Source: Octopus vulgaris
Taxonomy: Eukaryota
Reading direction: 5' to 3'
NCBI GenBank assembly: GCA_951406725.2
Contig: OX597818.1
Coordinates: 127,968,001 to 128,032,000 of the forward strand
Length of the DNA: 64,000 nt
Part shown: positions 27,135 through 37,747 of the stretch, in pieces
Layout of the letters: each line of letters opens with the position of its first letter
Numbering within the stretch: the first letter of the stretch is position 1
Notes under the pieces: generated by a model
What the model saw: the letters and a program-made list of their open reading frames with translations, nothing else
Database searches by the model: none
Told to the model about the DNA's origin: nothing
Position numbers and translations under genes: made by a program

Positions 27135-29236
27135 TCTATAAAATACTAAAACTCAGAGTTTGTTTTTTTTTTGCCATTTGATTAAGATGATAAACATTAC
27201 AAATAAAATAGTAATTTCCCCTTTAAGAAAAAAAGAATCAAGTTGAAAATGTCAACACTTCAAAGGGTTGTCGGAACTACCACCGGCTGTCCTTTTTTTA
27301 AATTTTTTTAATCATTGGTACTCGATTTTTTATTTTTCTCCTTAGAGAAGAAAATTACTATTTTATTTAAAAGGCCTAGCAGTTGGGGGTATTTGTCTCC
27401 CCTTCGTAAATATATAAGGACACAGGAAATGTGTCGAGGCCGACAGGAAGCGTCGATGCTTCCTAGGGCTAAACAGCGGTGGCGTAATTCCCTTACGGGA
27501 CTGTCACGTTAAGTTGACAGTATACAACCAAAATATTAATCTTTATCATCTTAATCAAAAGGCAGAAAAAACAGACAGAGAGACTATCTCTTTATAGACG
27601 AATATCAGTTGCAACGGGAGGAGTTGAATCTCATAAGACTGGAAAAACAAACAACAATAAATGGGTTGTACCTTTTAATGAAACTCTTTTGAGAGCATTC
27701 AAATGCCACTGCAATCTTGAAATCATTGCTTCATCATCATCATCATCGTTTAACGTCCGTTCTCCATGCTAGCATGGGTTGGACGGTTCGACCGGGGATC
27801 TGGGAAGCCAGAAGGCTGCACCAGGCTCCGGTCTTATCTGGCAATGTTTCTACAGCTGGATGCCCTTCCTAACGCCAACCACTCCGTGAGTGTAGTGGGT
27901 GCTTTTTACGTGCCACCTGCACTGGTGCCAGGCGAGGCTGGCATCGGCCACGGTCGGATTGGTGCATTTTACGTGCTACCTGCACGGAAGCCAGTCGAGG
28001 CGGCACTGGCTTCGGCTACGATTCGGATGGTGCCTTTTACGTGCCACCGACACAGAAGCCAGTCGAGGCAGCGCTGGTAATTAATATATCATCAAGTACA
28101 TGCTGAAAGGAAATGATCAAGTTGCTATTCAAGTAAACGATGATGAAATTAGTCAATATCTAATGGGTAAGTATAACGGACTATCCGAAGCAGTTGCATC
28201 GAGTTTAGGGTTTTCAGTTCATGAAAGAGCACCCGCATAGTGAGACTGCAAGTTCATCTACCAGATAGATGAACAAAGAATATTGCTTAGAAATAATGAA
28301 GGTATATATGGCTGTCAATGAACGACATATGAGAACAACATTGACAAAATTCGTTTGATGGTGTATCAATGACTTCAAAAACTACTTTATGTTGAAGTAT
28401 CCATGAATTTCACTTGGAACAGTAATCAGAAAGAATGGCAAAGAAAGCGAGGAAAAAGAGTTGAAGGCCATTTGAACAATTTTCAAGAAGAAACACTTGG
28501 TTGTGTTTATGTTGTCACACCAAAGGCAAGAGAATTGTATTTCAAAATAGGGATCTTTTCGGTTTGAACGGCAGTTTTTTAACATAATTTCTAGGTAACT
28601 AAAAAATTTCAAACTTCGTATACTGGTAGAATGTGTTTATAAAACATCTTTTTCTCTTGGCTTTATTGAGAAAATTCTATAGTTTGTAAGATATTTGTTG
28701 TTTTTCCTTCAATTTCTGCAATTTAATTTCAACCAATCAATGACGTCCATTGAGGTAATAAACATTCTGTGCTGTATGAAACAGATTGGGTTTATTTACA
28801 TTTGTGAAGAAAAAAAGATACCCTTCCCCTCACCCCAACCCTAACTAACCCTAACCCTAAAACAGATTGAAATGCAATAGATCGATACTAGGGTCATAAT
28901 TATGGGTGACAATTTCATATGACACCGCTAGAAAAACTGCCGTTCAAACCGAAAAGATCCCAAAATAGCATTTTTTTTCTTTTCCTGCCGCGCATGGACA
29001 TTTTCAACATGGAGTGGTTGTGACACAATGGTCACGGCTGGTACATCTAGTACATACCTAAAACATTAATTTGTCTGACCTCCCAGCGAAAGTAAAACTT
29101 TTGTTCTACTTTTCGATGCTGAGTTTTATTGTTCGCTAACGAAGGATAGATAAAGCAAAGAATTTTAGTATGCAATGTCATATATTCCGTTGAAGTTGGG
29201 AGGGCAAGATGAAATAGAGCCACGGGTCATAGCTAG
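27135..29236 (+). mobile_element. Degenerate composite Helitron with RepHel fragment and nested insertions
   Basis: Starts TCTATAAAATACTAAAA. 28085-28270 reads YIIKYMLKGND...DEISQYLMGKY...SEAV...GFSVHERAPA..RLQVHLP (Helitron Rep-adjacent motifs). Ends gccacgggtcatagCTAG-T. Confidence 0.7.
28551..28960. mobile_element. MITE with GG termini and 8-bp TSD (Merlin-like)
   Basis: Perfect TIR GGATCTTTTCGGTTTGAACGGCAGTTTT, TSD CAAAATAG at 28543-28550 and 28961-28968, internal (CCCTAA)-like run. Confidence 0.8.
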
Positions 29237-30270
29237 TAGACAATTTTTGTGAAATGTGTGATTGGGTTAGGAGCAATAGCTAATAATAAATTGCTTAAAA
29301 TGAGGAAGGATTCAGGATTTAAGTCATCAGGAAGTTGAAAACTGAGAAATAAGTAAGTCAGGAAGCAAGCAGTTGAGAACATCGAACCCGCCAATGTCAC
29401 AGCTTAATTCCGTGTCACATTTCTTCTCTGATCAACACGAAACTGTTTTTCAAACATCAACAATCCTTATAACAGAATGCAAACACAGATCTAAATCGAG
29501 AAACAAGAAGAATTCTCATTCGCTCAGCAGATCTAAACTGATCGTGATGAAGATTATTAAATCGATATTACCATATGTTGCTTCGTAGCGGGCGGAGGAA
29601 ACGTGGACGCCTGTTGAATTGAATACACACACACACACACATACACAATACATGATAGTGGGGGATAAAGGCGATGAATTTAAAAGTTTTAGTAACCATA
29701 TTTTGTACTGCAACCATAGCTACAACTTACAGTCCTTATTATTATTATTATTATTATTAAGTTCTGGGCCATCTAGGTCGACAAAGTAAGTTGAACGACT
29801 ATACCTCCCCCTCACCAAAATTCCAGGCCTTGTGCTTATAAGTAGAAAAAATTATTAAGTCCCGGGTCAGCTCTGAAATCGTTCCAACCGAGACCATCCT
29901 ATCTTTATATCCATTCTAGGATTATATTATCTACTGTACGCTTAAAAAAAAAAGAAGACAACTAAGTGGTTATATAAAAGGCATTGGGGCTGATCTTCAG
30001 AGCAGATCGAGCGGCCGCGTAGAGGACCACTTGTTTGGCTGGTGCATACTGTTACCTGTTTGCTTATATGTAGAGTAAATATGGTGTATATATATATATG
30101 GTGTGTATATATATATGTGTGTGTGTGCATGTATATATATGTGTGTGTGTATGGTGTGTTGTATGCGTATAAAGTCTAAGTGTGTCTGTATGAAAATATA
30201 TTTTATCCCAGCAAGTCAAATTTTTTAGAAGAGTGTGACGAATCAATCTGTCTCTCTCTCTCTCTCTCTT

Positions 30271-30304
<34 letters not shown>

Positions 30305-32371
30305 AACACTCCTATACATACATAAACAAATAAATAAAAATAAATTTCACTGACTTCTAAATGCACAATACAAATATAGTTTACGTATCAAAGTACTGAA
30401 CAGTTTATTTACTCCCATTACATTTTATCAGACAGATTATCATTTTGTGTAAATAAAACGAACGAAATACAGGGAAAAAAAAGGCCAAACAACGAAACAA
30501 GAACACACAAAAAAAGGTATAAAGTCGACAGAACAAGTTTTCAAACAATATCTTGACAAGAACTGATGAAAGAATGAGAAATTAACTTTGCATATGAATT
30601 AAATGAAAATATATTTGTTAATGCAACGTGTTAAGACTAGCAAGACGACTAAATAACCTCTATTAGAAGTCATGTTAGGTAATGACTATTTCTTTACTAT
30701 TAATAAATAAGGATTTACTCAACGTGGTATAATAGTTATTACCTGTAGGCCACCAAAGTTTTATTTGTATTATCATATTTAAAAAAATCGATCAGCATTG
30801 GATTTTAGCCACATATAGAAAACACACCTAATATGCACATTCTTGTTAAGAAAATATATTTGAATTACTCTAAAATTATCTAATATACATTTTTGAATGA
30901 TGTCGAACACGATGTTTGGTTGTAAACAAAACAAAAAATTATTTTCAATATTGTTTTAATAAAGGAAAATTTTAACTTCAGCAATGCTTTTTTTTTTTTT
31001 GTTTGTTTGCCACCAAATTCTCTATTTCTGTTAATAACAATTATTGTGATCAAATGCATAATTTGTTAATATTTATACATTAATCAGATAGTGGATCTAT
31101 ATATTTTTATTGAATGTTGATCAGTAATTGTTTATATCTCGATCAGATAACACACGCACGCATCTTCGGGGCTGCAGCCCTACTTGATCATATAAACAAC
31201 GCAACGTTGTTTGTAAACATTGGAATTATCTTAAAAAGAAAAAATTCAGAATGTTTAATAAAACTGACAAAATATAAACGGTAGACCACCGAACTCCGCA
31301 ACCACCACCGAACTCCGCAACCACCCCCCAAAATGCAGGGTTGAGCTATTTAGTTTCATCCCTCTCTGTGTTTTGAGCTGGAGACCATCAGTATAAATGA
31401 TCTTTCCACTGAAATTTCACTAGTGAATCCACAACTTTCGATTTACTGGTTGGAACCCAGCACATCTTGGGTGTACGCCAACATACAAAGATCGACATTA
31501 TCAGTCATTCCGAGGAATAGATTCGAATCCATTTTATCAACCACAACCCTCTTCTATGTAAAACTGACTTTGAACGAAGCCCAAGAAACAAATATTCGAG
31601 CAAAGATAGGTAAATGATATAGCAGAAACGACAAAACACTGGACTAAATTTACAGTACTTAGTTCCTGAGATTGAATCCTACAATGATCGACTGCTTTTT
31701 ATTGCACTCCAAAAGATAAATAGACCAGATACTAGTGACATAGGAGCTCGATCCAACTGAATATATATTCCATTTCCTTTCAAAATTGTTCCGCTGTCTA
31801 AGGAAAGAACCACCGTCTAACAAAAAGATTATGCCACGATAAAGGACTCCAAAGTGGCAGCTTCTGCCCTGCAGATGTCTTCTCGCATTTAGTATCTACA
31901 TACAATAATTACATTGTTATGTTACCGTTTTCCAAATTCATAACATGTTTGGAAAACTGTTGCTCACGGTCCCGATACAATGCAAGCATGAAATCACTAT
32001 ATTCAAATTGTATTTACTATAATGTTGCATGTATATTGTGTATTATTAGTGTATACAAGCGTTCAAAGCGCATGTCCAGTCAGTGTTGACTTTTGCTTCG
32101 GGGCCTGATAAAATGAGCTCTGATCAAGTGCTGGGATCGATGTGAAATCGACAGTTCCTTCTCCAACGTTAGTGGCCTTGTGTCATGTTTGAAATCATTG
32201 TGCATTAATACTTATAAATACAACATGGACTATAGTATACTTTCTGTTGTATTTGTATACAATGACAATAAACTGAATTGTAAAGCTAAGATGAATTTGA
32301 TTATAAAAACAAAGAACATTCACATGCAAAACATAAACAGTGACACGAATATGCTTTTAGTATCAACTTAC

Positions 32372-33075
32372 CTGGCGAAACTAAAGTTATCTGCCATATC
32401 TCCACGGTTCCCATTGCTGTGTTTCTGGTAAAATCTCAGGTATACCCAGCTGACAACAATCCCCCATCCAAACATGAATGGATACGGCCCGTCCAATGCT
32501 CCGATCAGACGTAACGCGACTGACAGCAAAAGCAGTAAGAGTGGGATGTGCGTGTTACGAAGTTTTCCAAGAGGCGATGTCACTAGAATGTGGTCAGGCA
32601 TCACTTGTTTAACGGCAACAGAAAATCCGGCAATATAGCCAGGAAGACCGTGAATGTGTGTGTGAAACAAGTACATCTCTTTCCGACTCACAAAGTAGAT
32701 AACAATGTAGAGGAAAGATGTAAGTAATGCCACGCCCACATTGACGACCACAAAAAAGACAAGCATGTCTAGTGTTCCCCATAAGGGTTCCAAAAGTTTA
32801 CCACACAATATAAGTACGGCTACATCAATAAGAACATCCCAGAAGTGTACTTCGACAAAACAATGCGTCGCGTAGGTCCAGATCCAGAAGTTTGGAGGCA
32901 TAACATATCCAGGAGTAACAGTTAAATAAGGAATAGCAGCATTAATGAACGATAACAGATAGCCTAATGTCACAGCAACGGCAACAAATTTCACAACAAT
33001 ACTACTCTTTCCGAAAGCGACTGAAATTTGCTCGCGTATCAAAGGTAAATTTCTCTCCACCACGGGCGTCGCCAT
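32372..33075 (-). CDS. TMEM115: Transmembrane protein 115 (Golgi rhomboid-like, DUF1751), coding exon 1
   Basis: ATG at 33075 in acaaaATGG context. Translation MATPVVERNLP...VTPGYVMPPNFWIWT...GKLLEPLWG...VAVKQVMPDH...SWVYLRFYQKHSNGNRGDMADNFSFA matches TMEM115 hallmark motifs. Ends at donor AG|gtaagt (phase 2). Confidence 0.95.
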
Positions 33076-33121
33076 TTTGTCGTTATTTGCAACCCAAACA
33101 ACTACTTCCGGTAACTTCCGG
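33067..33121 (-). promoter_or_regulatory. TATA-less housekeeping-type promoter: two ETS/GABP sites plus a YY1-like motif over the start codon
   Basis: ACTTCCGG at 33104-33111 and 33114-33121 (10-bp spacing). AAAATGGCG on the minus strand spans the ATG. Surrounding DNA is CpG-rich. Confidence 0.65.
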
Positions 33122-33918
33122 TACAATGGCCACTGCCAGGAATGTTTTGATTAAATTCACATCGCGAAAGACGAATGGAAAACAAATGCGATCGTACCAC
33201 TGTCACACTGAATATGTACCGTCTTGTGTCTACTTACTTAAACCGCTTTCTTGTTATTGCTTTAAGTGAATATAATATACTGATTAAACCTCTGTTTATC
33301 TTTGTTTTGCCGGTGGACGACGTCGTCTTTCATTTCTCCGTCGTCGATAAAAATCATTAGAAGAATAAATCGATCGGGAGTCTGTTAACAGAACTGTCGC
33401 GTCGTGTCGTGTCACATAAATATAATAAATATCTTAGCTATTTATACAATAGTTATGCTTTCATTTGGAAAAGAATGTATGGCATCCGTTAGCTCTACAT
33501 AATCCATAATGAATCAGGAAGAAACTGAGAAGTTGTAAGCATCAGCTGTCGTACATTAATCAAGAAAGGGAAAAAAATTTTTTTGATTTGTCACGATGAT
33601 GATTAAATCGATACGACCACAGATGTCACTTCACAAACGGCCAGAGAAGGAGAAGCGGGTGCTTGTTGACTACACAGAAAGGTAGTGCCACAATGACGGA
33701 GTAAGGGTCAGGGTAAGGGAGGTAAATCCAAATGTTTTCGTTTCTTACGACGTAAGTGATTGTGTGTGATGGGAAGGGGGGAAGGTGAATTTAGCTGGCT
33801 TCCAAACTCCCTGTTGATTCACTGTGGAATAACAGATCCCAGAGAGGTAACAGGAGCCGTAAATTCTATTGGAAGGATCATAAATAAATAAAAAATCCAG
33901 AACGAAAGCATACTAATA

Positions 33919-34089
33919 CGTAGGAGTGGGACTGTGTGGTAAGTAGCTTGCTTACGAACCGCATGGTTCCGGGTTCAGTCCCACTGCGTGGCACCTTGGG
34001 CAACTGTCTTCTACTATAGCCTCGGGCCAACCAAAGCCTTGTGAGTGGATTTGGTAGACGGAAACTGAAAGAAGCCTGTCGTATATATG

Positions 34090-34120
<31 letters not shown>

Positions 34121-34339
34121 ATATGTTTGTGTGTCTGTGTTTGTCCCCCTAGCATTGCTTGACAACCGATGCTGGTGTGTTTACGTCCCCGTCACTTAGC
34201 GGTTCGGCAAAAGAGACCGATAGAATAAGTACTGAGCTTACAAAAAAGAATAAGTCCCGGGGTCGATTTGCTCGATTAAAGGCGGTGCTCCAGCATAGCC
34301 GCAGTCAAATGACTGAAACAAGTAAAAGAGTAAAGAGTA
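33919..34339 (+). mobile_element. tRNA-derived SINE (GGCGCAGGAGTGGCTGTGTGG head, internal (TA)/(TG) tract, (AGTAAAAG) tail)
   Basis: Same family at 1980-2325, 41422-41827, 52353-52800 and 60062-60447(-). Confidence 0.85.
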
Positions 34340-34350
34340 ATAAATAATAC

Positions 34351-35045
34351 AATAAGGGTTTCACGATAAAATAAGTTTGAAAACCTCTGGTGCAGAAACA
34401 TCTTAAGGCAACGTGTTGTCTTCGGATGGGCGAAACAATATAAACACCAAAACATGTAGGGTAAGTCTCCATGTGGTCGCTCACCTTGCTAGAAATAGCA
34501 GCCACATATTTTAATCGTACTACATCGCCTTTAAATCAAAAACTATATTGGGTAACATAGACTGATATAGAATAATCACTGATTATATTTAGCTCAGAAT
34601 TGATCAGGGATTAAATAACAACAGACTGTATCTCCTCCAAAACAATATATTCATAGTCAATTATTATACTTGCAATATCTTATCAAGGTTCAGGCACAGT
34701 GTTGACAATTTCTTATTAATTGAATATATGTGTCGGGTAAAATGTAGCGTATGTTTTGGAGGAGATACAGTCTGTTGTTATTTAATCCCCGATCAATTCT
34801 GAGCTAAATATAATCAGTGATTATTCTATATCAGTCTACGTTACCCAATATAGTTTTCGATTTAAAGGCGATGTAGTACGATTAAAAGATGTGGCTGCTA
34901 TTTCTAGCAAGGTGAGTGACCACATGGAGACTTACCCTATATGTTTTGGTGTTTATATTGTTTCGCCCATCCGAAGACAACACGTTGCCTTAAGGTGTTT
35001 CTTCACCAGAGGTTTTCAAACTTATTTTATCGTGAAACCCTTATT
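34351..35045. repeat. Long palindrome: 294-bp arms, 107-bp spacer
   Basis: 34351-34644 is the reverse complement of 34752-35045, about 8 mismatches counted by eye. Confidence 0.95.
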
Positions 35046-36139
35046 CAATTTTCCAAAAATTGTGGAATTTTGTAAGTTTTACAACCTTCACCGTCCTAAC
35101 TAAATAAAACAAGAATTGGTTCAGAAAGAATATTCATTTGTAGAAAAAAAATTCTTTTGAAAATAGTGAATACAATTTCTATTTTCTTATGAAATAATTT
35201 TTTTATTAAAAGACACCTCATGTTAGGGAATTCCAGATTTTTTTCCGCAGCAGAATCCTGGGGTTTCTGGGGTCTGCTTTGGGAGAAATTCTTAAGTTTT
35301 GTCCATTCTTTCTCTGATCAGTGGACTTTCGGAATAGTCATCAATTCCTGATGGAGAAGGGAAAGGGTAAGGAACTAGGTTGTTGTTTCCCAAATTTTTT
35401 TACATTTTTGCACCCATTTTTTTCGGTAAATTTTTACTATTACACCCATTTCATAGGGCGAGGGCAATAGTAATTTTCTTTCAGCAAACAGTATCTTACC
35501 GAAGTTCAAACGGATCATCGACCTTACCAATCTGGGAGTATTTATAAAGGCACACTAGGGCCTTCGATTTTTTTTTTATGCGTATGGAGTGGGATGAATT
35601 AATCAATTATATCGAACCAACCATTTCACTGGTACCGTATCTTGTCGACCCTTAAGGGAGAAAAGGCCAGGTTATCTTCGGCATGTTTTGAACTTCAAAC
35701 ATAAAGATCTTAAACCAATGCCGCGATGCATTTTGACCAACGCTCTTGTAACGCGCAAATGTGAGGTGTACATCGGGGTTACTAAACGTAGTGCTAAGAT
35801 GTGAAGGGCCACTATATGTAGATGGTCAATAGCGGGATGAAACAGCGTAATAACAACGTCGAAAATTAAAGGAATAATATTCACAATTTTATTTGCCGGC
35901 AGTGGTTAATAAAATATACATAATAGTAATTGACAATAGTAACGATGTGTCGGTGGCTCGCTGGTAGTTGGTAGTGTGTAGTAAACTGCATTTTGCTGAC
36001 GGGAAGAAAGAGTAAAGATTACATTGTCCCTTTCCACCCGGTCGATGTTACTGCTCCCAATTTCAGTTAGGCAGAACTAAGCAAGCTCCACACTCTTACG
36101 ATTTTTTCTTATTTAGACATAAGGCCAGATATTTTGAGG

Positions 36140-37072
36140 GATTTCGTTGCTATGTCTAGCAGTTCGAGTGCCTGCCCATGTAGAGGCTCCATTCTTGTCT
36201 CACGGTAGTTATTCCAAGTCATCTCTTATCAAGTAGACGTATTTAAGGCAATCCAGTCAACACTATGTCGTCTGCTTTCAAACAATGTTTCTGTGACTAA
36301 AACGGGTCCTTATCTAATGTATGTCCTTTATTCTTACGATCGTCTTGTAGATACCAGCGACTCCAGTATTTGATTGGTATTTCATTTTATCGATTCCGAA
36401 ACCAATCCACCACCTTTAATTGATAAATAATCAAAAGGTAGGTTGTGTTTGTGCGATATTTTTTCCTTCCATGTTAACGTTCAACACTGCCAGTGAATGA
36501 AAATACGAAGGGAAACCCTCAAACACGACTGTGCACATGCTCAGGTGATGTACATTTTTCTTCTGGAATATTAAGTTATATTGCGGGAGATCTCAACTGA
36601 TCATTAATGTAAATACAATTTGGGATCTTACCGTCTTAAGAATAAAGGACATACATTATGTTGTTGTTATATATATATAATGTATTGAGTATTAAAGGAA
36701 GTAGTGAGTACTTAGTATGAAAGATTAAGAAAATGAGAGAGACTGAAAAAACGTGTTAACGATACGAGATACTTTATTAGACTGCCGTTGTTGTACAAGG
36801 TATTTGTTGTGGCGGGAAACTTACTGAATGTCCTTGTATCAAGGGAGACAATGGGCAACGTTGATTGTTCATGTTTGTTGTGATGATTACATAACACATT
36901 AGATAAGGACCCGTTTTAGTCACAGAAACATTGTTTGAAAACAGACGATATAGTGTTGACTGGATTGCCTTAAATACGTCTACTTGATAAGAGGTGACTT
37001 GGAATAACTACCACGAGACAAGAATGGAGCCTCTACATGGGCACTCGAACTGCTAGACATAGCAACGAAATC
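36140..37072. repeat. Inverted duplication (~200-bp arms), right arm interrupted by a solo LTR
   Basis: 36140-36320 pairs with 36897-37072, and 36315-36336 pairs with 36637-36658. Confidence 0.9.
36659..36896 (-). mobile_element. Putative solo LTR (238 bp)
   Basis: TGTT...AACA termini, 5-bp TSD CATTA (36654-36658 and 36897-36901), minus-strand AATAAA. The empty site is visible in the other inverted arm. Confidence 0.7.
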
Positions 37073-37747
37073 TCTCTCAAACCACACCCCACTATCTTTA
37101 AACGGGAAGAACATAATGAATGTAGTCCTAGATGTGTCGTCAGAAAACGCAACTGGAATAACCCGATTGTGACAGGAACGCTTCAATCACGTCTGCTCGA
37201 TTAGAGCTGATTTAGGGCAGAAAAGCTACATGTTACTAGGTGTTTGTCTTTTTACTTTGGAAAGTTTTAAAAACCTCATTCGTCCAATAAAATCAATGCC
37301 ATCTGTTACTTTTACCTATTCCATACCACTCTAACTATCCACTTAAAGCTATTTCTCTTCTAACATTAGCTTACTCTTGTGTATTTGTGTGTAAAATAAA
37401 ACTATATATACAAAAGGCAGTATCGATCAACATAACAGATTATGAGATAGAGAAAGAACCCATCTGGACTTCAAAAGTTTTTTAAATACTAAACGGTACA
37501 TGAACAGTACATCGTTACGTCTTTTTAAAATTACTTTGGGCTAAATGCCTTGCACCATTTGTTCCAGCTCTTTATGTTTAGCGTTCAAATCCCAATGGGG
37601 TCAACTTTTCATTTCATTCCTTTGAGGGCCAGTGAAACAAAACACCAGTCAAATACTGGAGGTGAGTGAGATTGTTGCTTCGTTCTTTCTCACCAAAATT
37701 GCTCGTCTTGTACCCAAATCAGAAATCATTGATCTTAGAAACAATTA

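Noticed and set aside
28833-28860. True telomere or chromosome fusion scar
   Set aside because: Only a few imperfect units, lying inside a MITE with TIRs and a TSD.
33076-33126. N-terminal extension of the 252-aa ORF (MYRKLPEVV...)
   Set aside because: The ORF track starts at a TTG. The first ATG in good context is at 33075, and the extension overlaps the ETS promoter motifs.
33480-33760. Divergent plus-strand first exon from a bidirectional promoter
   Set aside because: Donor-like sites exist, but there are only short ORFs and no convincing downstream plus-strand exons.
34305-35103. Duplicated MAAISSKVSDH ORFs as a gene pair
   Set aside because: They are a by-product of the palindrome, start at GTG and derive from a repeat fragment.
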